A DNA stretch of 64,000 nucleotides from Tegillarca granosa (lineage: Eukaryota), in NCBI GenBank assembly GCA_029721355.1, contig CM056605.1, positions 4,278,108 through 4,342,107 on the forward strand. The letters are read 5' to 3'. The first letter of the stretch is position 1, and the number at the start of each line of letters is the position of its first letter. Shown here piece by piece: positions 26,481 to 38,155 of this stretch. The notes beneath the pieces are model-generated. The model was given only the letters and a program-made list of their open reading frames with translations. It was not told where the DNA came from and ran no database searches. The translations under genes were made by a program, and so were the position numbers.

Positions 26481-29013
26481 ATAAAAGTTACAAGTCAACA
26501 CCATGCCATCCACCACACAGTAATAACTATTTAGTATTGGCTTGCATGACCAAGTTTATTTTCAGTAATTTTGAGATATGCTAATTTTTTTTCTCATTAG
26601 CATCTATTTAGTAAGTATCTTGGTATCACAGTTGTCTTGGATCTTGTATTGTAAGTTTCATGGGGTTCTGTACATAAAGAAAGTTCAAAATTCAGACAAA
26701 TTTTTAATCTACGAGTAAACCCGCTAATGACAAAAATAACCACAGTAAAACACATGGTCTGTAAAAAGTAGACAGCCAGCATACTGTACAAGCCCAAAGT
26801 CAAAACTTGTACAGAAAACTGGAGGGGGACACCAATGTAATAAAACTGAGAACCTAACAGTTATTTATCAGACTCCAATGAATGTTCCTTAAATGTTTAT
26901 CATGTCAACAGTCAGGTTTTACAACAAGTTAAGAATAATCACATTTGTTTCATACCTAATGATCAATTAAGGGATAAATTATCACTAAACAATTAGAACA
27001 TTTAAGTATCAAGTTATATGATTTAGTAAAATAATCAACAAGTGATGACATTAAAAATCAACATAAAATTATGTTAGATCATTTAGTCTAACACAATAAT
27101 GATTTTAGTTTCTGAGACCCTCTGTAATGATTAAAATGAATTTTATCTTCATTTTAGTATTATTTTACAAAGTAATCACATTTTAATGTACACACACAGA
27201 GGTCAACACAACCAAAATTTAACAACTCGGATATGTTGTGTTTTAATAATAGTCTCGGCTCTGCCCAAAACCATCAATCAAACCCATGTAATATCCAATA
27301 GTTAAACTTTCAATTCTATTCTATTTTTGTAACATTAAAACAAACTTTTCATCAACTTAACCTTGACCCTTAAACCATTTATATTTGATAAATGGGTTGC
27401 TTCAGAGTGTTTATAAACAAACAAACAAGCATGTTTATATCCTATCTGGTGACATATTGTGTTTTCAAATTGTTTTTTTTAAATCAACATAAAAGGTACA
27501 CATGTTTAAAATCATAAACATAATGGTACATATGAAACATGTGGATATTATCTAAATGAAATGAAGGCATTAAGTTTTCAAGTTAGAAAATGAAACAAGA
27601 CAGATTACATGTACATATCTGCATGAAAGGGCATCATCATTCTATGTCATTTTACATGTATACTGTTTACACAGAAAACTCATCCAAATTTGTCCAAAAA
27701 GAGGTATACATATTTGATAAGGACATGCATATAAAAATTATGCTAAGTTTGAAATGCACATTTTTTATACATAGTGACTTTACAGATTACACAACATATA
27801 TAACACCCCTCCAGTATATGTTTGTTTAACATGCAAATTTTATACAAAACAAATTACCAAAAATAGGGGGTCAACTTATTTCATTATAGATGAAACAATA
27901 TAAGTATCCTCCATTAGCAATGTACACAATGCTAAAAAACAGCCAAGTTTAATATACAAAATTTATAGAAAAATTAGCAAAACTAGGAGGTGCATATAAT
28001 GTATATCTGTTAATATAACTACCACTAAAAAATTTAGAAATTGTTGGTTTTACAGTAGGCCCTATGGATTACACAAAACATGTAACCTAGCTAAGAAAAA
28101 CGGACGGACAGAGATGAGTGGCTACTAAACCTGCTTTTACTCTTGATGATGCAGGTAAAAACATCAATTTCAGCATTCATTATTTTATTTCAGTAATAAT
28201 GTTGTTGTCAGCAGTAAAACATTTTGCACATTTTATATATTTTTTTAAATCAGGTTTAATAAAAATCAATTTTTATGTTTAAATTAAAATTTATGATCTT
28301 AAAATGAGCAATTTTGCTGTTGTCCTTTTTTTTTTAAAAAAGGAAAAATTTGGTCAAGTGACTCTGTTAACTTATATTTAACAACTTGGTGTCCCCATCA
28401 TCTTTTTAATATACAACTTCATGCAAAGTTTATTTGATTATTTTAAACATATGCCCTGATTTAATGTTATTTTGTCAATTTTAACATTGTAAAAAACTAG
28501 ATGTAGAAAACAAAATATTAAATAGAGTTTTATAGGTAGAATACAACCGATTATTGTGCATATATATATACATTTGTATATGTAATACACAATATGTCAG
28601 CCTATTGCTCTGCATGAAGTGATACCTTATCTTTATCAAGATATTACAAAAAATGGAGATACCATATCTCTATTTGCATATTAACATATACCAGTATATG
28701 TCTACTAAATCATTCTCACCATCAAACATACCATACACAAACATTCACATGATCAAAAATAAAAAAGATCAATATTTCATAAAAAGATGAAAAACGAAAA
28801 AGAAATGAAAATCTATTCTCTCCAATACTTGTGTAAGTGATTTTTCTTGCTTTGTAATCAATAATAATCTCTTGAACAACAAAAATCTTACAATTTTGAG
28901 ATAACACTTGTCCATTTCTCATGTAGACCCCTATGATCTAACATATAAAGCTGAGATGATGATATAACATATTCTACAGAATTACACACTTTCCTTCTCT
29001 AAGGTTGTCATCA

Positions 29014-29130
<117 letters not shown>

Positions 29131-29873
29131 CTACAAAATACAAAGTTTTAAATTATACATCTGCAAGATTATTCTGTAATGAATATATTTTTTAAATTAA
29201 ATTCAGACTGGCAGAAAAAAGTGGCCTTGACCTCTAAATTTGTGCAAATCTCCAGCTGTGACCTTGACCTTGCTATCTAAATCTCTAGACACTTTATGTC
29301 AACAAACAGGTAATTAAATCATACAAGACATACTGTAATAAGTTGTTCAAACCTTCTTTTTAGCTGTGTCAAGTTATTCCATGTTTTGTATTTCATCGAC
29401 TACATTTTAAAACACTGTCTCCAAAATCCAGATATTTTTTCATCAAGTACTTTAAACAACATAATATAATGTATTCATTATGAGATTTTTGTACTTATTA
29501 TTTGATTTGAAAGCACAAAATTTTCAGGTAGAAAATAGAGATTAAGGGTTTAGAATAATGATTTTTGAAAATTAATGTTAAGAAACAGCCCTTATTGTCT
29601 CCTGAAACTCAAGCAACTTCAGAAAAAAACTAATGAAATAAAATAAATAAATTATAATAAATAAAAGAAATAATAAACAAATAAATATACGGGGTGTATA
29701 ATTAAATTAACAAAGGAGGTGTTTTGGTGATTTTCTCCTGTGTTAATAGAGAGGAAGAAGGGGATCTACTGGTAATTGTGATGGTTTATGAAATTTATTA
29801 AATACCGAATTAATGAATATGTGATTGATAATGATGTTAAGTGTGTATCTGTATGCCTATGTAAGTTAGTAAA

Positions 29874-30224
29874 ATCAATGTATTACTAATTAATAAACAA
29901 ATTTAATCGTAGAATTTTAAGAGACTTTTTAAAATATACAGAACAGTAGTGTACAATGTCATTTTCAAATGAAATACCTACAAATAGATAATTACATAAC
30001 TTTGATAAATGTATTGATTGAAGAAACAAGTCAGTGACATGAATAGATTAATGTATTACTAATTAATAAACAAATTTAATCGTAGAATTTTAAGAGACTT
30101 TTTAAAATATACAGAACAGTAGTGTACAATGTCATTTTCAAATGAAATACCTACAAATAGATAATTACATAACTTTGATAAATGTATTGATTGAAGAAAC
30201 AAGTCAGTGACATGAATAGATTAA
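29874..30224. repeat. Tandem duplication, about 175 bp ×2
   Basis: aatcaatgtattactaattaataaacaaatttaatcgtagaattttaagagac...gtcagtgacatgaatagatta occurs twice, back to back, almost identically. Confidence 0.9.
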
Positions 30225-30694
30225 GGAGAAACATGAAATTGACAATGTAGTCACCATAGCAACATTAACTAATACAACTTGTTTACAAAGATCTTAGTCA
30301 TACGATTAGATGTAAATACATTAATGAAGTGCTAATAACAGTTCAAAATCTGCTATGTCACTACACATCAGTAATGACCATCAAATTATCTATTTCCAGG
30401 TGTGTTGTGCACAGCCTCCGGGTAAAAATGATTAATAAGATGATCATGATCTATAGTGAAGTTTAAATTACATCGTTGACTAATACATAACAAGTCTTTT
30501 TATACATTCTCAAGATATGAAATCATCAAACACAACAAAAGATTTCTTATTAGGCAGTCAAAACCATGACTGCATCAATCAGAACTGGAGTTAAAAAAAG
30601 TGACAAATATGTCATAGATCTGGTAATGTGAAGGTTTATGGAAGCCTGGTGCATATCATGACCACACCCACAAACTTTTTTATTACATGTCAAA

Positions 30695-31175
30695 TTTCCA
30701 ATTTTTGTTGTGATTTTTCACTGGACATTCTTTCCTCAACCTGCCTTGATGACCACTGCTAACTGACCTATGATATCTGCATCCACTCTATCTCAATTTA
30801 CTGTCAGATATTCCAATTTTGTTGTGATTTTCTTATTGGACATTGCTCTTCCTCTACCTGTTTTATTGACCTCTGCTAACTGACCACTGATATCTGCATT
30901 TGCTCTACTCTATCTCTATCTATTCTTTCTGATATTCCAATGTTGTTGCAATTTTTCACTGGGTATTTGCCTTTCTCTACCTGCTTGACTGATCACTGCT
31001 AACTGACCTTTCAAATCTGCATCCACTCTCCTCCACTTTCCTCAATTTACTGTCAGATATTCCAATTCTGCAATGATTTTTCACTGGATATTTCCCATCC
31101 TCTACCTGCCATATTGATCACTGCCATTTTATAAATGATATCATGTTTTCCCCTCTACCTTTCCCAATTTTCTGT
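30695..31175. repeat. Satellite-like array of about 115-130 bp, ×4 (ttccaattttgttgtgatttttcactggacattc...ctgctaactgacc...atctgcatccactct)
   Basis: Four diverged head-to-tail copies, beginning at about 30697, 30812, 30945 and 31060. Confidence 0.75.
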
Positions 31176-31695
31176 CCAATATTCATATCCAATATGATTC
31201 TATAACCACTTATCTTTGCCCATTATATATAATTTGAAATGTAGGTCAATGGATCTTTTTATCCATTCTTCTTTTCTTTTTTGCTTACCTTAACATTTAC
31301 CAAAATACTACTAGTAGAACTCTGATAGCTTTAAACATAACTTGAGTCGTAATATTATTTACCTAAGCATTGAGCTGTTGAGATATTGTAATTACAGACC
31401 TAACCATTCCATGGAAACTGAATAATGCAATTCAGTGGTAATGGGGAAATCATACAAAAAATGTTAATATTTATTGTCATTTAAAATTTAAAAATTTGAA
31501 CTTCCTGGATAACTGGGTGCTTTGTTGGTTGAATGTTGTTTTAAGGTACATCAATATTCAGCTAAATATTCATGAGAAGATAAATTACTTTATTAACTTA
31601 AAAGATAAATCTAAACACAGGTTGATTTGGTGTGCAAGCTTTGCTGAAGTGTTTCTGATCTACTTTATAAAAGAGTACACATAGAAAAACATTTG

Positions 31696-34600
31696 AGTGT
31701 TAGTACACTCAACTACAATGTCACAGATAAACATAGCACACTACCAAGTCCATTATACTGGTACCAGGTCAACCAGTAACCTACAGAGTGCTAGTACACT
31801 CAACTACAATGTCACAGATAAACATAGCACACTACCAAGTCCATTATACTGATACCAAGTCAACCAGTAACCTAGAGAGTGCTAGTACACTCAACTACAA
31901 TGTCACGGATAAATATAGCAGACTACCAAGTTCATTATACTGATACCAAGTCAACCAGTAACCTACAGAATGCTAGTACACTCAACTACAATGTCACAGA
32001 TAAATATAGCACACTACCAAGTCCATTATACTGATACCAAGTCAACCAGTAACCTAGAGAGTGCTAGTACACTCAACTACAATGTCACAGATAAATATAG
32101 CACACTACCAAGTTCATTATACTGATACCAAGTCAACAAGTAACCTACAGAGTGCTAGTACACTCAACTACAATATCACAGATAAACATAGCACACTACC
32201 AAGTTTATTATACTGATACCAAGTCAACCAGTAACCTACAGAGTGCTAGTACACTCAACTACAATGTCACAGATAAATATAGCACACTACCAAGTTCATT
32301 ATACTGATACCAAGTCAACCAGTAACCTACAGAGTGCTAGTACACTCAACTACAATGTCACAGATAAATATAGCACACTACCAAGTCCATTATACTGATA
32401 CCAAGTCAACCAGTAACCTAGAGAGTGCTAGTAAACTCAACTACAATGTCACAGATAAATATAGCACACTACCAAGTTCATTATACTGATACCAAGTCAA
32501 CAAGTAACCTACAGAGTGCTAGTACACTCAACTACAATATCACAGATAAACATAGCACACTACCAAGTTTATTATACTGATACCAAGTCAACCAGTAACC
32601 TACAGAGTGCTAGTACACTCAACTACAATGTCACAGATAAATATAGCAGACTACCAAGTTCATTATACTGATACCAAGTCAACCAGTAACCTACAGAGTG
32701 CTAGTACACTCAACTACAATGTCACAGATAAGTATAGCACACTACCAAGTCCATTATACTGATACCAAGTCAACCAGTAACCTACAGAGTGCTAGTATAC
32801 TCAACTACAATGTCACAGATAAATATAGCACACTACCAAGTCCATTATACTGATACCAAGTCAACCAGTAACCTAGAGAGTGCTAGTACACTCAACTACA
32901 ATGTCACAGATAAATATAGCACACTACCAAGTTCATTATACTGATACCAAGTCAACCAGTAACCTACAAAGTGCTAATACACTCAACTACAATGTCACAA
33001 ATAAACATAGCACACTAACAAGTCCATTATACTGATACCAAGTCAACCAGTAACCTACAGAGTGCTAGTACACTCAAGTACAATGTCACAGATAAATATA
33101 GCACACTACCAAGTCCATTATACTGATACCAAGTCAACCAGTAACCTACAGAGTGTTAGTACACTCAACTACAATGTCACAGATAAATATAGCACACTAC
33201 CAAGTCCATTATACTGATACCAAGTCAACCAGTAACCTACAGAGTGTTAGTACACTCAACTACAATGTCACAGATAAACATAGCACACTACCAAGTTCAT
33301 TATACTGATACCAAGTCAACCAGTAACCTACAGAGTGCTAGTACACTCAACTACAATGTCACAGATAAACACAGCACAATACCAAGTCCATTATACTGGT
33401 ACCAATTCAACCAGTAACCTACAAAGTGCTAGTACACTCAACTACAATGTCACAGATAAATATAGCACACTACCAAGTCCATTATACTGATACCAAGTCA
33501 ACCAGTAACCTACAGAGTGCTAATACACTCAACTACAATGTCACAGATAAACATATCACACTCCACACAGTCCATTATACTGATACCAAGTTAACCAGTA
33601 ACCTACAGAGTGTTAGTACACTCAACTACAATATCACAGATAAACATAGCACACTACCAAGTCCATTATACTGGTACCCAGTCAACCAGTAACCTACAGA
33701 GTGCTAGTAGACTCAACTACAATGTCACAGATAAACATAGCACACTACCAAGTCCATTATACTGATACCAAGTCAACCAGTAACCTACAGAGTGCTAGTT
33801 CACTCAACTACAATGTCACAGATAAATATAGCACACTACCAAGTCCATAATACTGATACCAAGTCAACCAGTAACCTACAGAGTGTTAGTACACTCAACT
33901 ACAATGTCACAGATAAATATAGCACACTAACAAGTCCATTATACTGATACCAAGTCAACCAGTAACCTACAGAGTGCTAGTACACTCAACTACAATGTCA
34001 CAGATAAACATAGCACACTACCAAGTCCATTATACTGATACCAAGTCAACCAGTAACCTACAGAGTGCTAGTACACTCAACTACAATGTCACAGATAAAT
34101 ATAACACACTACCAAGTCCATTATACTGATACCAAGTCAACCAGTAACCTACAGAGTGCTAGTACACTCAACTACAATGTCACAGATAACCATAGCACAC
34201 TACCAAGTCCATTATACTGATACCAAGTCAACCGGTAACCTACAGAGTGCTAGTACACTCAACTACAATGTCACAGATAAATATAACACACTACCAAGTC
34301 AAGTCCATTATACTGATACCAAGTCAACCAGTAACCTACAGAGTGTTAGTACACTCAACTACAATGTCACAGATAAATATAGCACACTAAGTCTATAATA
34401 ATGATACCAAGTCAACCAGTAACCTACAGAGTGCTAGTACACTCAACTACAATGTCACAGATAAATATAGCACACTACCAAGTCCATTATACTGATACCA
34501 AGTCATCCAGTAACCTACAGAGTGCTAGTACCCTCAACTACAATGTCACAGATAAATACAGCACACTACCAAGTCCATTATACTGATACCAAGTCAACCA

Positions 34601-35675
34601 GTAACCTACAGAGTGCTAGTACACTCAACTACAATGTCACAGATAAATATAGCACATTACCAAGTTCATTATACTGATATCAAGTCAACCAGTAACCTAC
34701 AGAGTGTTAGTACACTCAACTACAATGTCATAGATAAATATAGCACACTACCAAGTTCATTTTACTGATACCAAGTCAACAAGTAACCTAGAGTGCTAGT
34801 ACACTCAACTACAATGTCACAGATAAACATAGCACACTACCAAGTTCATTATACTGTTACCAAGTCAACCAGTAACCTACAGAGTGCTAGTACACTCAAC
34901 TACAATGTCACAGATAAACATAGCACACTACCAAGTTCATTATACTGATACCAAGTCAACCAGTAACCTACAGAGTGTTAGTACACTCAACTACAATGTC
35001 ATAGATAAATATAGCACACTACCAAGTTCATTATACTGATACCAAGTCAACAAGTAACCTAGAATGCTAGTACACTCAACTACAATGTCACAGATAAACA
35101 TAGCACACTACCAAGTTCATTATACTGTTACCAAGTCAACCAGTAACCTACAGAGTGCTAGTACACTCAACTACAATGTCACAGATAAACATAGCACACT
35201 ACCAAGTCCATTATACTGATACCAAGTCAACCAGTAACCTACAGAGTGCTAGTACACTCAACTACAATGTCACAAATAAACATAGCACAATACGAAGTCC
35301 ATTATACTGGTACCAATTCAACCAGTAACCTACAAAGTGCTAGTACACTCAACTACAATGTCACAGATAAATATAGCACACTACCAAGTCCATTATACTG
35401 ATACCAAGTCAACCAGTAACCTACAGAGTGCTAGTACACTCAACTACAATGTCACAGATAAACATATCACACTCCACACAGTCCATTATACTGATACCAA
35501 GTTAACCAGTAACCTACAGAGTGTTAGTACACTCAACTACAATGTCACAGATAAACATAGCACACTACCAAGTCCATTATACTGGTACCAAGTCAACCAG
35601 TAACCTACAGAGTGTTAGTACACTCAACTACAATGTCACAGATAAATATAGCACACTACCAAGTCCATTCTAATG
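31696..35675. repeat. 91-bp tandem satellite, about 43 copies (about 4 kb), inside PAOX intron 4
   Basis: Unit agtgctagtacactcaactacaatgtcacagataaatatagcacactaccaagtccattatactgataccaagtcaaccagtaacctacag. The period of 91 was verified (31787 to 31878). ORF-track peptides 33426-35603 are repeat artefacts. Confidence 0.95.
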
Positions 35676-36422
35676 GTATCAAATAACATAATATAGGCCT
35701 ACACCAAGGAAAATAACTCCTTTCCCATTTGTGGTTGATCAGATTAGACCCTTAGTGATGTTACACTTTCTGCTTCAATGCCTTAATCACAAACTGACTA
35801 TGACCCCTTCCTATTGAAGTGTATATGACAGGATGTTAATTATGAAAACAAAAAGATAAACAACAATCAGAAAATGTATAAATATGGAGGTACATGTACT
35901 AGGTACTGAATTATGTATACCATTTTAGTTTTGATCTCTGAACATATATATATATCCTCATTTTAAGGAGTATGTAAATGTTTGCTTTTTACTGTAAGAC
36001 CTTGGGCTAAATTATCATACTTAATCTCATTCAAATCAAGTCAAAATATAGCAGTTTACATAATAACAACATTAGTAACTGACATTTTGTTTCTTAAATA
36101 TCATAGATAAAGTTTAAAATTAGATAAGATTACATATGTAGGAATGTCATAAGGTGTATCATCTTTATCAGGGTTAACTTAGTACAGATAGTCAGATTTA
36201 ACAGGCCCACTTTGCATTTGAGCTTTGATGATGAATGTATTATTTATTCTTTCAAACTGTCACATTCATCTTAAAACAAAGAATGTTTAACATTGGAATT
36301 TTTCTTTCAATTCCATGAAAACCTGTATATATTTGCAAGTCAAAATATCTGCCAGTATGTCATGAGCACTATTTTTACATTAATCAGGTAAACATGAAAA
36401 TTTATATCAAAGTTCACTCAAG

Positions 36423-36425
<3 letters not shown>

Positions 36426-36480
<55 letters not shown>
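36426..36480. repeat. (GA)27 microsatellite, 84 bp downstream (gene orientation) of PAOX exon 4
   Basis: A pure gagaga run. On the gene (minus) strand it reads (TC)n. Confidence 0.95.
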
Positions 36481-36483
<3 letters not shown>

Positions 36484-36563
36484 TATTCAAGTTATATTCT
36501 GGTGTTAATATTAACATTTTAGTTCAGTTCTGAACTCCAAATACACATATTTTGACAACATAC

Positions 36564-36681
36564 CTTGTCAGATTCTGATCCCACTATAGGATCTGCTAAT
36601 ACTTCAATGTCTTGGACTGTGGCCCCTACTTGGATAAAGCTATAGGATCCTCTAGTATTTGGGTTATTTCCCCATCTTGTT
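36564..36681 (-). CDS. PAOX: Polyamine oxidase exon 4 (…TRWGNNPNTRGSYSFIQVGATVQDIEVLADPIVGSESDK)
   Basis: Acceptor cttattttttag|A. Donor GACAAG|gtatgt. It starts at codon position 3 (joining the CG from exon 3 to give CGA) and ends in phase 0. W..P.TRGSYS(Y/F) is the hallmark PAOX/SMOX motif. Confidence 0.85.
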
Positions 36682-36833
36682 CTAAAAAATAAGACATACA
36701 TATTTTCATTAAAAGTATTAACATTATCTGCTTGAACTTCAAAATGCATATTGGCACACAAGAAGAAAACATCCCATTCTCAGAGCACTTGATATGTTCT
36801 CCCTTTCTCATAGCACTTGATATGTTCTCTCAT

Positions 36834-36836
<3 letters not shown>

Positions 36837-36912
<76 letters not shown>
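36837..36912. repeat. (GA)37 microsatellite, 158 bp upstream (gene orientation) of the exon 4 acceptor. It reads (TC)37 on the gene strand
   Basis: A pure gagaga run. It is preceded by a 25-bp tandem duplication, cacttgatatgttctc ×2. The ORF track 36732-36917 (RE)n is its artefact. Confidence 0.95.
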
Positions 36913-36915
<3 letters not shown>

Positions 36916-37138
36916 GACTTGTGAACTGGCACTAGATCTATATATCCTTATTATGGTAATTCAAAAACATGACTTGTTAATATTACATTGTATTTTGTAA
37001 TATGTCTTTAAGTAACAAAATACAAACTGTTACAAATAATGCAAATACATATAAGTCAGGATTTCCATGCAGTTCTTGTCTAATTGTATAACATTTTCTA
37101 TTGTAGTATATTGCATTTTATATTGAAAAAGTAACCAG

Positions 37139-37990
37139 CAGTGTTTTCTCCAGAGTGCGTTTCTTGCAATTTTGACGCGACTTTTTTTATGAATGGTGCA
37201 ACTTGATTTTGCTGTTGCGTTATTTTTGACACAACCATTTTTATGTAGATTGAAACTGGCTACTGTAAATTATAAAAGGTGACACCACTGAAAACGAAAG
37301 TACTGAGCGGAAATTCTGTATTGTCGTACCACATGACTATCTTACCATATTACAGGAAGCTTAATATTGATATAGGAACCTGTCTATATTCTTAATCTTT
37401 GAAATGTTTGTATTGAACTTTATAAAGTCATTATAAGCGCACTTTGCATCGGTTTAAAAGAAAAGTCGAAACAATCTCGTTTGACAACGTTTTTGTCAAA
37501 GTCCTGCACGGAGCTCTGAACATGACCAGGCGGCATCTGGTAGTAACTTACTTGCCGACCACTCACAGTCAACTTAAAAAAGCTAATGTAAATCGAGATT
37601 TTAATAACATTTGGTTAAACAGATATCCTTTGATGATTTATGAAAATAATACAATCATATGTAGAACAGGCATAACGGAAGGGATGGATAATAATAATGA
37701 ATGATAACGGTCTGTTGACTTGACATTCAGTAATTTCTGTTTTGGGATACTGTCTTGATTTTACTGTTTCAAATATTACAGATATAGGTAGCATTTGGAA
37801 TAAAACACTAAACATTGACGCAGATTAGTACAGATCCTCTAACACAATATTTCCTTTAGTGTAAAATATCAAAAAAGTAATTTTTTATTCTAAAAATTCC
37901 ATGACCCCTTCATTTTGAAAAATGACCCCCTCTTTTCATGTAAGGGGGTCATTGATGACCCCCTGTTTTAATAAGCTGGAGAAAACACTG
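37139..37990. mobile_element. Non-autonomous DNA transposon (852 bp) with a perfect 15-bp TIR CAGTGTTTTCTCCAG and a flanking 6-bp direct repeat AACCAG, in PAOX intron 3
   Basis: Left cagtgttttctccag at 37139-37153. Right ctggagaaaacactg at 37976-37990, an exact reverse complement. aaccag lies immediately outside both ends (37133-37138 and 37991-37996). The interior is GC-richer and holds a hairpin, tgaccccctcttttcatgtaagggggtca, and repeated atgacccc motifs. The only ORF is 86 aa with no transposase similarity. Confidence 0.7.
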
Positions 37991-38085
37991 AACCAGTCCT
38001 TCCCAAAAGTGGCCAGTCTAGGCCAGATTGTTATTTTTAACACTGGTGTAAAAAGGTACTTCTAGACTAACAATTTAAAATTTTT

Positions 38086-38087
<2 letters not shown>

Positions 38088-38152
<65 letters not shown>
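38088..38152. repeat. (CA)about 32 microsatellite
   Basis: A pure cacaca run. Confidence 0.95.

Positions 38153-38155
<3 letters not shown>

Noticed and set aside
33426-35603. Four 61-88-aa ORFs with repeated HYTDTKSTSNLQS motifs
   Set aside because: They are artefacts of the 91-bp satellite inside a PAOX intron.
36732-36917. ORF ending in (RE)n, and ORF 15070-15318 with poly-Leu/Ile
   Set aside because: They are read-through of the (GA)n and (ATT)n microsatellites.
37444-37704. 86-aa ORF inside the 852-bp TIR element as a possible transposase
   Set aside because: It is too short and has none of the DDE, HTH or other transposase motifs I can recognise. It is probably a non-coding interior of a non-autonomous element.
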